From NCBI GenBank assembly GCA_900753165.1, contig CAADYC010000054.1:1-41227 (forward strand): a DNA stretch of 41,227 nt. Direction: 5' to 3'. Below are positions 1 through 8,587 of this stretch, piece by piece. Every line of letters begins with the position of its first letter. Positions within the stretch are counted from its first letter, which is position 1. The notes beneath the pieces are model-generated. The model saw only the letters and a list, made by a program, of their open reading frames with translations, had not been told where the DNA came from and ran no database searches. This DNA is from Clostridia bacterium (GTDB taxonomy: Bacteria > Bacillota > Clostridia > TANB77 > CAG-508). The position numbers and the translations under genes are program-made.

Positions 1-62
1 GACAGGAACAGGAACAGAGGCAGATCCATATATATTGGGAAAAGACTAGAATATGAAAGAAT

Positions 63-92
63 CCGCCTAGTAGGCCTTGCGTCTACTGGCGG
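63..92 (+). other. GC-rich bulged hairpin in a 3'-UTR-like region at the window start (function unknown)
   Basis: CCGCC(63-67)/GGCGG(88-92) and AGTAG(69-73)/CTACT(83-87) pair with one bulged T. A second hairpin is AGATAAA(109-115)/TTTATCT(124-130). The region is unusually G+C-rich for this DNA. The window edge truncates the context. Confidence 0.4.
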
Positions 93-157
93 TGGGGGAT
101 AAAGGAAGAGATAAACTGAAGATTTTATCTGGTTTGGTGGTCAAATTTTTAAAAAGT

Positions 158-193
158 TACAAGTTTTATAGAAAAAAGACTTGTACTTTTTTT
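158..193 (+). terminator. Intrinsic terminator
   Basis: Stem TACAAGT(158-164)/ACTTGTA(179-185), extendable inward by T-A and G-U pairs, followed by a T7 run (187-193). Confidence 0.6.
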
Positions 194-241
194 AATTTAT
201 TATTATAATATAAAAGAAATCAAAAAAGGAGTTTTTTTCAA

Positions 242-658
242 ATGAGAACAGAAAAAATATACACCAAATCGGACAAAAAAATTTTAATAGAAGGAGTAAA
301 AAAAACATCAGAAATATTACCAGCCAAAACATTTAGACAATGCTATGGAGAAAATTTAAATAAAAGACAAAGAGAGCAAGAAGAAAATGATAAAGACAAA
401 ACAAATAAACAAAAGGATAAAAAAACAAATAATCAAATTACTCCACAACAAGCATATGAAATGCAAAAATCAACTGTAAGAGCAAATAATATAATAAAAA
501 CAGAAAAAGAAAGAGTTAGAGAATTTAAACAAGGTTTAAATTCAAAAACAGGTTATGATAAATATGAAAAGCATTTAGAAGAAGTTGCTAATATGCAAGA
601 AAAAAAATATCAAAATCAGCAAGAACAGAGTGATGGAGAGGAACATAACGGAAGATAA
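242..658 (+). CDS. Hypothetical K/Q/E/N-rich 138-aa protein
   Basis: ATG preceded by GGAG (228-231). The product is highly charged and low-complexity, and I recognise no family. It lies 34 nt upstream of glgP, so it is probably co-transcribed. Confidence 0.55.
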   Translation: MRTEKIYTKSDKKILIEGVKKTSEILPAKTFRQCYGENLNKRQREQEENDKDKTNKQKDKKTNNQITPQQAYEMQKSTVRANNIIKTEKERVREFKQGLNSKTGYDKYEKHLEEVANMQEKKYQNQQEQSDGEEHNGR

Positions 659-692
659 TTAATTAAAACAAAATACCAAGGAGGAAATAAAA

Positions 693-3260
693 ATGTACAT
701 ATTTAACAAAATTACGGTAAATCCACAATTACCAAAAAGAATAGGAAAACTATCAGAAATATCAAATAATTTGTGGTGGTCATGGAACACAGAATTTCTA
801 AGACTATTCAAAAAAATAGACAAAGATTTATGGGAAACATGTGAAAAAAATCCTGTGAAATTTTTAAAACAAGTATCACAAGAAAGATTAGAAGCAGTTG
901 CAACAAATACAGAATTTTTAAAAGAATATGATAGACTTGCAAAAGAATTTGATGATTATGTAACAAGTAAAAATACATGGTTTTCAAACAAATATCCAGG
1001 GAATAAAAAAGATTTAATTGCATATTTTTCAGCAGAATATGGATTAGACCAAACAATACCAATATATTCAGGTGGACTTGGAATATTGTCAGGTGACCAT
1101 TTAAAGTCAGCAAGTGATTTAGGAATTCCATTAGTAGCAGTAGGATTATTATATAAAAATGGATATTTTCATCAAAAAATAAATGGATATGGAGACCAAG
1201 AAACAGAATATAATAATATAGAATTAAGCAATTTACCAATAAACCCAGTAAAAGATGGAAATGGTGAAGAGTTAAAAATATATGTAAAATTTGAAAATAG
1301 AAAAGTATATTTAAAAGTATGGCAAATAAATGTAGGTAGAATTAAATTATATTTATTAGATTCTGATATAGATGAAAATTCACCAGAAGATAGAGAAGTT
1401 ACTTTGAAATTATATGGTGGAGACCAAGAAATGAGAATTAAACAAGAAATTGTTCTTGGAATGGGAGGAACAAACTTATTAACAAGAGCGTTAGGTTTAA
1501 ATCCAACTGTATATCATATGAACGAAGGACATTCTGCTTTCTTAATATTAGAATTAATCAAAAATATAATAAAAGAAAAGAAAGTATCATTTGAAGTTGC
1601 AAAAGATATAGCAAGTTCAAAAACAGTGTTTACAACACATACACCAGTACCAGCTGGAAATGATATATTCCCAATAGCATTAGTTGAAAAATATTTCAAA
1701 GAATTCTGGCCAAGACTAAACTTAGACAGAGAAGAATTCTTAAAATTAGGAATGAAACCATGTACAGAATTAGAACCAGGATTTAATATGGGAATATTAG
1801 CCCTAAAAGTTGCTGGAAAGAAAAATGGTGTAAGTAAATTACATGGAGCTGTTTCAAGAGAATTATTTGGAGATGTATGGCCTGAAATTGCAGCAAATGA
1901 ATCACCAATAACATATGTAACAAATGGTATTCATACATGTTCATGGTTAGCACCATCATTAAAAGAATTATATAACAAATATTTAATTCCATATTGGCAA
2001 GATAATATACATCAAGATGAGGTATGGAAAAATATAAATAATATACCAAATCAAGAATTATGGGGAATACATCAACAAAGAAAACAAAAATTATTGGAAT
2101 TAGTAAAAGAGAGTACTACAAATAGATTAAGAAGATCTGGATATAGCTATGAAGAAATAAATGATATAACATTAAAATTAAATGCAAATGCATTAACAAT
2201 AGGATTTGCAAGAAGATTTGCAACATATAAAAGAGCAACTTTGATATTCAAAGATTTAGAAAGAATAACACAAATTCTAAACAATGCAGATAGACCAGTT
2301 CAATTAATATTTGCAGGAAAAGCACATCCAGCAGATAAAGAAGGACAAGATTTAATTAAAAGAATACATGAAATATCAATGATGCCACAATTTAAAGGGA
2401 AAATATTCTTACTAGAAAACTACAACATTGCAATGTCAAGATATTTGGTAAGTGGTGTTGATGTATGGTTGAATAATCCAAGAAGACCAATGGAAGCATC
2501 TGGAACAAGTGGACAAAAAGCATCTGTAAATGGTGTAATTAACTTTAGTGTTTTAGATGGTTGGTGGGCAGAAGGTTACAACCAAGAAAATGGATGGACA
2601 ATTGGAACAAATGCGGAATTTACATCTTATGAAGAACAAGATATTGCAGATAGCCAAAGCATGTACCGTACATTAGAAGAAAAAATTATACCAACATATT
2701 ATGAAAAAGATGAAAATGGAATTTCAGAAAAATGGATGAGAGTTATGAAAAATTCTATTATATCAACAGGTGGAAAATATAGTACATCAAGAATGCTTGT
2801 AGACTACACAAATAATTTATATATGCCATTATGTAATTTAACAAAAAAATATTATGAAAATATTGATAATGTTGCAGAATTTAATTTGTGGAAAAAGAAT
2901 TTATATACAAATTGGAAGGATATTAAAATTACACAAAAAAATAATTTGAATAATATTACAATGGATGCAGGTAATAATATTGAAGTTAAATGTGAAGTTC
3001 AACTTCCAAACATTGATGTAAATAACATTACAGCTCAATGTTATTATGGAAAAATTTTGGATAATGGAATAGTAGAAAATGTAAGTATTATTCCGATGAA
3101 ATTATCTGATAGTGATGAAGAAAATAAAGTGTATGAATATACTGCTAAAATAGAATTAAAAACAGGTGGAAATTATGGATATACTTTTAGAGTTATGCCA
3201 AAACATGAAATGTTATTAGATTCAGAGAATCTTAATTTAGTAAAATGGATTACAGATTAA
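693..3260 (+). CDS. glgP: Alpha-glucan (glycogen/maltodextrin) phosphorylase, GT35 family with DUF3417-type N-terminus
   Basis: 855 aa. Strong RBS AAGGAGG. N-terminal NLWWSWN segment. PLP-lysine motif EASGTSGQKASVNG. Length is typical of the family. Confidence 0.95.
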   Translation: MYIFNKITVNPQLPKRIGKLSEISNNLWWSWNTEFLRLFKKIDKDLWETCEKNPVKFLKQVSQERLEAVATNTEFLKEYDRLAKEFDDYVTSKNTWFSNKYPGNKKDLIAYFSAEYGLDQTIPIYSGGLGILSGDHLKSASDLGIPLVAVGLLYKNGYFHQKINGYGDQETEYNNIELSNLPINPVKDGNGEELKIYVKFENRKVYLKVWQINVGRIKLYLLDSDIDENSPEDREVTLKLYGGDQEMRIKQEIVLGMGGTNLLTRALGLNPTVYHMNEGHSAFLILELIKNIIKEKKVSFEVAKDIASSKTVFTTHTPVPAGNDIFPIALVEKYFKEFWPRLNLDREEFLKLGMKPCTELEPGFNMGILALKVAGKKNGVSKLHGAVSRELFGDVWPEIAANESPITYVTNGIHTCSWLAPSLKELYNKYLIPYWQDNIHQDEVWKNINNIPNQELWGIHQQRKQKLLELVKESTTNRLRRSGYSYEEINDITLKLNANALTIGFARRFATYKRATLIFKDLERITQILNNADRPVQLIFAGKAHPADKEGQDLIKRIHEISMMPQFKGKIFLLENYNIAMSRYLVSGVDVWLNNPRRPMEASGTSGQKASVNGVINFSVLDGWWAEGYNQENGWTIGTNAEFTSYEEQDIADSQSMYRTLEEKIIPTYYEKDENGISEKWMRVMKNSIISTGGKYSTSRMLVDYTNNLYMPLCNLTKKYYENIDNVAEFNLWKKNLYTNWKDIKITQKNNLNNITMDAGNNIEVKCEVQLPNIDVNNITAQCYYGKILDNGIVENVSIIPMKLSDSDEENKVYEYTAKIELKTGGNYGYTFRVMPKHEMLLDSENLNLVKWITD

Positions 3261-3269
3261 AAAGAAAAA

Positions 3270-3300
3270 AGTGGGACAGTGTAAAATTGTCTCACTTTTT
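3270..3300. terminator. Bidirectional intrinsic terminator between convergent glgP and tmcAL
   Basis: Stem AGTGGGACA(3270-3278)/TGTCTCACT(3288-3296) with one G-U pair, an A-run before it and a T-run after it. It overlaps the tmcAL stop codon. Confidence 0.6.
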
Positions 3301-4599
3301 ATATTTTATAATTCCATTTTTAAAATCCAAATTTCCAAAAGAATTATTTTCAAAGCCAAGAGAATAAACATCAGTAGCAAAAATATCTTTATCAAACATA
3401 ATTTGTAAATCTTTATTAGAGTTACTATCAATAAACTTTTTAACAGAAGTAATTAATGTAATTTCAGGATGATTTAATGCAATTTGTGAAACTAATCTTT
3501 TTCCATTTTCATTAAAACCAAGAATCCTAACATAGGGTTTTTCAATTTTTTTAGAAAGTTCAATATCTTTTTTTGAAATATTAAGTAAAGCATATAAAAG
3601 AATTCTTTGTAATCTAGTTACAGTATACCTTTTGGATTTAACAATATTCAAAAAATCATCAATATTATTACAAGAATTAGCAGCTTTTTTTATAGAAAAT
3701 TCTAATCCTTCTGAAACATCTGGAAGATTAGCAATTTCTTGAACTGACATTTTTCTTAATATATAAAAAATTTCTTTTTCAAAAATATTTAAATCAGGAA
3801 CAATATAACCATCATTTAAACAAGCCATTAAAAGTGAATATGAACTAGAAGGAACTAAATCTTTTATAGTTTCGTAATCCTTTGATTTTATAAGTCCTCT
3901 AATGGCCGTAGCACTTCCGATAGCAGTTAAATCATTGCAAATTGAATTATTTGCAATGCTGTTTTTTGTTGAAATATCAGTACTGTTATAATTAGTACCT
4001 GTTCTTTCAATACAAATAGGTTTGATGTTACTTTGATATTTTTTTAATGCTTTTAGATATTCAATTCCTAAAATATTATTAGGAGAAGATATGATATTAG
4101 TATATTTTTCTATGTTAAATTTAATATTATTTGAACTGCTTTTAATATATCCAAGTAAAGCATTTTCACGAGCTTTTGGAAAAGATAAACCTTTATCCAA
4201 TTCTTTTGTTAATAATTTTTTATAATCAATAGGTTCATTGTATAAAATTTCAGAAATATTTTTTAAAATATCGATATCAGAAGTTTCTGAACCAAATGAC
4301 AAATAATCTATAATACCTAAAGAATTTAAAATTTTTATAGCTCCATCTGCAAAATTTTCAGCACTAGAAATTGAATATAGAACAGGTAATTCTATAACTA
4401 AATCAATACCATTCTCTAAAGCCATTTTAGTTTTTGACCATTTATCAATAATAGAAGTAGAGCCACGTTGTGTAAAATTACCACTTATAATAGCAACTGT
4501 GTAATCAGTTTGAGTTAATTTTTTTGATGACTTTAAGTGATATAAATGTCCATTATGAAATGGATTATATTCTGCAATTATTCCTAATACTTTACTCAA
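3292..4599 (-). CDS. tmcAL: tRNA(Met) cytidine acetate ligase (TmcAL / YlbM, UPF0348 nucleotidyltransferase)
   Basis: 435 aa. N-terminal EYNPFHNGHLYH motif and C-terminal KRYTVTRLQR, both typical of YlbM/TmcAL. TTG start with AAGAAGG RBS. Confidence 0.85.
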   Translation of the reverse strand: MSKVLGIIAEYNPFHNGHLYHLKSSKKLTQTDYTVAIISGNFTQRGSTSIIDKWSKTKMALENGIDLVIELPVLYSISSAENFADGAIKILNSLGIIDYLSFGSETSDIDILKNISEILYNEPIDYKKLLTKELDKGLSFPKARENALLGYIKSSSNNIKFNIEKYTNIISSPNNILGIEYLKALKKYQSNIKPICIERTGTNYNSTDISTKNSIANNSICNDLTAIGSATAIRGLIKSKDYETIKDLVPSSSYSLLMACLNDGYIVPDLNIFEKEIFYILRKMSVQEIANLPDVSEGLEFSIKKAANSCNNIDDFLNIVKSKRYTVTRLQRILLYALLNISKKDIELSKKIEKPYVRILGFNENGKRLVSQIALNHPEITLITSVKKFIDSNSNKDLQIMFDKDIFATDVYSLGFENNSFGNLDFKNGIIKYKK

Positions 4600-4716
4600 T
4601 TTTTATACCTTCTTTCAGAAATATTAATAAAATTAAACAATAAAAAGCTATTGTTATTTTTAAACTATATTGATATAATAGCATAAAAAGTAAGAAAAAA
4701 CAAGGAAGGTAATTTT

Positions 4717-5151
4717 ATGGAAAAAGTAGTTATATATACAGATGGCGCATGTTCTGGAAATCCTGGTCCAGGAGGATGGGGTGCAATTTTAATGTATAAA
4801 GGAACTAAAAAGGAGATATCAGGGGCAAAAAATAATACTACAAACAATGTGATGGAACTTACTGCAGCATTGGAAGGACTAAAGATGTTGAAGTTTCCAT
4901 GTGAAGTTGAATTGTATAGTGATAGTGCTTATTTAGTAAATGGTTTTTTACAAGGATGGATTTATAATTGGAAAAAAAATAATTGGAAAACATCTAATAA
5001 AGAACCTGTTAAAAATAAGGAAATATGGCAAGAGATATATAAATTAACTCAAGTGCATGAAGTTAAATTTATTAAAGTAAAAGGTCATGCTGATAATGAA
5101 TTTAATAATAGATGTGATGAACTTGCACGTAATGCAATAAAAACATTGTAG
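4717..5151 (+). CDS. rnhA: Ribonuclease HI
   Basis: 144 aa. Motifs [48 protein letters not shown]. Confidence 0.95.
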   Translation: MEKVVIYTDGACSGNPGPGGWGAILMYKGTKKEISGAKNNTTNNVMELTAALEGLKMLKFPCEVELYSDSAYLVNGFLQGWIYNWKKNNWKTSNKEPVKNKEIWQEIYKLTQVHEVKFIKVKGHADNEFNNRCDELARNAIKTL

Positions 5152-5182
5152 TAATGAAATAATATCAGTATATTTTGAGGAT

Positions 5183-5324
5183 TTTGATAATATATTGTTT
5201 TTGAAAATACAGCGTAAGCGACCAAACGAGCAATGCGAGTGCGAATTGGAGCAATCTACATATAAGTTATTTTTTAATATGGAGATTGCGACACCAAGGT
5301 ATAAAAAAACAATATATTATCAAA
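5183..5324. repeat. Foldback element 1: 20-bp perfect inverted repeat enclosing a 102-nt G+C-richer core with an inner hairpin
   Basis: TTTGATAATATATTGTTTTT (5183-5202) is the exact reverse complement of 5305-5324. The inner stem 5251-5263/5277-5289 is 13 bp with 1 mismatch. TTTT follows the outer stem. Confidence 0.75.
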
Positions 5325-5390
5325 TTTTATATTTTATATATAATTATTAAAAAACAAATATTACATTTGTGTTACATTTGAAAAATAATA

Positions 5391-5419
5391 TTGCAAAAAA
5401 TGAAGCTTTAATTTATAAT
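5391..5419 (+). promoter_or_regulatory. Sigma-A-type promoter for the 5455-7589 cassette
   Basis: TTGCAA (5391-5396), 17-nt spacer, TATAAT (5414-5419). Confidence 0.45.
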
Positions 5420-5454
5420 AAAATTGGATATTGTTTATACATAGGGGGATAAAA

Positions 5455-6018
5455 ATGGAAACATTTGCAGAATACCTTTTAAGTGAAAAAGATTTAATAA
5501 GTAAAATGGACATCCTATATAGACTACAAAAGATGTTAAAAGAGAGAAAAAAAATATCAATATATTTTAACAATTCTGTAATTTTCAAAACAGAAATAGC
5601 AAGAATGTTTTTAGAATACACAGATGTAGGAAAAGAAGTAGATGAAAATTTAGTATTAACAGCATGCTTATTATGTAATTGCAAAAAAATAGATGGACCA
5701 CAGAGTTTGGAAAGTTTATATAGTTATGCAAAAAATGGAGCAGAATTTTTATCTACATTAGGATTTAATAAAAGATTTTGTAAAATTTGTGAAGAAGTTA
5801 ATAGATATAGTGGAAGCCATCCAAGAGAACCAGAAAGTGATATATTAGAATTAGTGGACAATTTTGGAGGATTATTATTAGATAGAGCTGAAAGATTTGG
5901 ATTTTCACCTGAAAATGCTATTATACAAATGGAAACATCAATATTTAAAAACAAGAAAAATCAGTATTTTGAACAGTTTAAAGATTTTGTGAAGTTTATG
6001 CAGGAGGTTGAGGTATAA
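5455..6018 (+). CDS. Hypothetical 187-aa protein, possibly a degenerate HD-fold protein
   Basis: I moved the start to ATG 5455 (RBS GGGGGA 5444-5449) from the ORF-track start at 5431. The helical layout resembles HD phosphohydrolases, but the metal ligands look replaced (LLCNCKK where HD proteins have LLHDIGK). The fold assignment is inference only. Confidence 0.65.
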   Translation: METFAEYLLSEKDLISKMDILYRLQKMLKERKKISIYFNNSVIFKTEIARMFLEYTDVGKEVDENLVLTACLLCNCKKIDGPQSLESLYSYAKNGAEFLSTLGFNKRFCKICEEVNRYSGSHPREPESDILELVDNFGGLLLDRAERFGFSPENAIIQMETSIFKNKKNQYFEQFKDFVKFMQEVEV

Positions 6019-6335
6019 TGGAAGCAGAAGAAAAAAACAAAAATGTAAAGAAGAAAGTACTTGCTAGATTAAAAGATATAAACGTTGGACATTCAACTTT
6101 GCAAATAATTAGAGGTGGAGTGTTAAAAAAATTTGAATTTAAAATTGATAATGAAGTTAAAAAACAAAAACACGAGATTAAAGAAGAAATGTTAAATGTT
6201 AATATAGTTGATAATTCTTTATTTGGACAAGATGTATTAAAAAAATATGGAATTGAAAAAGATGAAGATGGAGAATATGTAATGAATAATCAACCAAAAG
6301 AAAAAGAACATGGGGAAGAACTTGAAATAGGTTAA
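6018..6335 (+). CDS. Hypothetical 105-aa K/E-rich protein
   Basis: The ATG overlaps the upstream stop (TAATG), suggesting translational coupling. RBS GAGGTTGAGG. I recognise no family. Confidence 0.55.
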   Translation: MEAEEKNKNVKKKVLARLKDINVGHSTLQIIRGGVLKKFEFKIDNEVKKQKHEIKEEMLNVNIVDNSLFGQDVLKKYGIEKDEDGEYVMNNQPKEKEHGEELEIG

Positions 6336-6344
6336 TTAATTTTA

Positions 6345-6376
6345 TAGGCGACTTAAAGATGGTCGCCTAAATTTTA
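6345..6376 (+). terminator. Hairpin / weak attenuator between the small ORF and the EndoQ gene
   Basis: TAGGCGAC(6345-6352)/GTCGCCTA(6362-6369), followed by AATTTTA, an interrupted U-tract. Confidence 0.4.
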
Positions 6377-6401
6377 TGATAGAAGAAAAGAGGAATAAAA
6401 T

Positions 6402-7589
6402 ATGTACGAAGTATTTGCAGATTTACATGTACACATAGGAAGATCAGAAAATGGAAAACCAATAAAAATAACAGCTGCTAAAAGTTTGAATTTTGCAAAC
6501 ATTGCAAAGGAATGTGCTGAAAGAAAGGGAATAAATATAGTAGGAATAATAGATTGTGCATCACCATATGTAATAGAAGATATAGAAAACTTTTTAAAAA
6601 CAGGAGATGCATATGAATTAAAAGATGGAGGAATAATTTATAAGGATAAAGTATGTATTCTTTTAGGAAGTGAAGTAGAAACATCAGAAAAAGGAAGAAA
6701 TGGAAAATGTGGTGCAGCACATAATGTATGTTTCTTTCCACATTTGGAAGATATAAAAGGATTTTCAAATGAAATGAGCCATCATATTAAAAATATAACA
6801 TTAAGTACACAAAGGTCAGATATATCAGGATATGAGTTAATTGATATAGTTGAAAAATATAATGGTATTTTAATACCAGCACATATATTTACACCATTTA
6901 AAAGTTATTATGGGAATTGTGCAGATAGATTAGAAAATATATTTAAAGAAAAATATGATAAAATATTTGCAGTTGAGTTAGGACTAAGTTCAGATACATT
7001 TTTAGCAGATGAAATATCAGAATTAGAAAATAAGACATTTGTAACAAATTCTGATGCACATTCATTACCTAAAATTGCTAGAGAATATAATAAAATTCAA
7101 GTTGAAGATATATCTTTTAAAGAAGTTGTTAAAGCTTTAAAAAATGAAGATGGAAGAAAAATAATTGCTAATTATGGTTTAGATCCAAAGCTTGGAAAAT
7201 ATCATAGAACTTATTGTGATAATTGTAATCAAACAATTGAAACAAAGGAACCAGTTGAAGTTTGCCCATATTGTGGAAGCAATAAAGTTACTTTTGGTGT
7301 TTTTGATAGAATTGAGTTGATTAAGGATAAAAAAGAAACTAAAAGCCCAGCTAATAGACCACCATATATTTATCAAGTTCCACTTGGCTTCATACCTGGT
7401 GTTGGAGGAAAAACTATTGAGAAGTTATTGGATAATTTTGAGACTGAAATGAATATTTTACATAGATTATCAAAAGATGATATAGAAGCGGTTGTTGGAG
7501 AAAAAGTGGCTAATTCTATAGAAAGAGCTAGAACAGGTGAGGCTAAAGTACAATCTGGTGGTGGAGGAAACTACGGTAAGATTTTGTAA
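6402..7589 (+). CDS. Endonuclease Q family protein (PHP-like domain, Zn ribbon, C-terminal helical domain)
   Basis: 395 aa. Motifs match my recollection of archaeal/Bacillus EndoQ: ADLHVHIGRS, PAHIFTPF, ELGLSSD, TNSDAHS, GLDPKLGKYH, CDNC...CPYCG, RPPYIYQVPL, SGGGGNYGKI. Confidence 0.8.
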   Translation: MYEVFADLHVHIGRSENGKPIKITAAKSLNFANIAKECAERKGINIVGIIDCASPYVIEDIENFLKTGDAYELKDGGIIYKDKVCILLGSEVETSEKGRNGKCGAAHNVCFFPHLEDIKGFSNEMSHHIKNITLSTQRSDISGYELIDIVEKYNGILIPAHIFTPFKSYYGNCADRLENIFKEKYDKIFAVELGLSSDTFLADEISELENKTFVTNSDAHSLPKIAREYNKIQVEDISFKEVVKALKNEDGRKIIANYGLDPKLGKYHRTYCDNCNQTIETKEPVEVCPYCGSNKVTFGVFDRIELIKDKKETKSPANRPPYIYQVPLGFIPGVGGKTIEKLLDNFETEMNILHRLSKDDIEAVVGEKVANSIERARTGEAKVQSGGGGNYGKIL

Positions 7590-7604
7590 AAATATTGATT
7601 ATAT

Positions 7605-7781
7605 CAAAACAACCTATATGTTAAAAAATAAAATTATGATGTGACTGGAATAAACTTAGAAATTTTAATTGATTTTATGGAAAGAGTTCACTTAGTGGAA
7701 GGGTGCCATAAAATCAATATAAAAGTTCTTGTTTATGCATGGAACCGAATAATTTTATTTTTTAACATATAGGTTGTTTTG
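7605..7781. repeat. Foldback element 2: 33-bp perfect inverted repeat with a nested 13-bp hairpin
   Basis: 7605-7637 is the exact reverse complement of 7749-7781. Inner perfect stem 7668-7680/7706-7718 with a 25-nt loop. The arm segments between the stems are related but diverged. ATTATAT flanks both ends (7598-7604, 7783-7789). Confidence 0.8.
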
Positions 7782-7860
7782 TATTATATTAATAGTTCTA
7801 AAAAACTCTTTATTGAATACACATTATGTATAAATGTGTAAAACGATAAGGAGATTTTTT

Positions 7861-8500
7861 ATGAAAAGAAACAAACGATTAAAAATATTTGAGATAATAA
7901 GTAACCATATAATGAACAATAAAAAAGAATATATATTAGTAACATTAATTTTTTTAGTAGGAATATTTTTGGGAGTAATGTTTATAAATAATGCACAAGA
8001 ATCACAAATGACTGAAATAACATCATATCTAAATAGCTTTACAGAAAAACTAAAAAATACAGAAAAGCTTGAAACATTTTCTATTTTAAAAACTACAATT
8101 TTTCAAAATATAATTTTGGCTTTAACATTATGGTTTTTTGGAACAACAGTAATAGGAATACCAATTGTCTTTGGAATAATACTATATAGAGGATTTTGTT
8201 TAGGCTATACAGTGTCAGCTATAATATCCATAATGGGAGTTGGAAAAGGGATGTTATTTATTTTAATAACATTAGTATTACAAAATATAATATTTGTTCC
8301 AGCAATAATTGCTATAGGAGTGAGCCGGATTTAAATTATATAAATCTATAGTACAAAATAGAAATAAAGATAATATAAAGGTGGAAGTACTAAGGCATAC
8401 AATATTTTCAGCGATTATGTTATTACTTTTATGTATAGCTGCAATTATTGAAATATTGATTTCTACAAATATTTTAAAAAATTTTGTAAAATATTTTTGA
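7861..8500 (+). pseudogene. spoIIM: Stage II sporulation protein M, interrupted by an apparent +1-nt frameshift near 8324-8331
   Basis: ATG 7861 follows RBS AAGGAGA. The reading frame stops at 8332-8334. The +1 frame continues from 8327 to the TGA at 8498-8500 and encodes a typical SpoIIM C-terminus (GFKLYKSIVQNRNKDNIKVEVLRHTIFSAIMLLLLCIAAIIEILISTNILKNFVKYF). Joined length is about 212 aa, normal for SpoIIM. Confidence 0.8.
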
Positions 8501-8587
8501 AAAATGTATTTACTTTTTTTAAATAGTTTGATATAACATATAAAGAATTTATGTAAATAGAAAATTTTGATATAGGGGTAGGGAAAA

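Noticed and set aside
808-2049. Minus-strand ORFs 808-1239, 1514-1699 and 1783-2049 inside glgP
   Set aside because: They are antisense to a confidently identified gene. Their translations are L/I/F/Y/H-rich shadows typical of AT-rich DNA, and they have no RBS.
5361-5380. Direct repeat TTACATTTG x2 upstream of the cassette promoter as an operator
   Set aside because: It has only 9 nt per copy in AT-rich DNA, and I recognise no partner regulator gene nearby. I note it but cannot support it.
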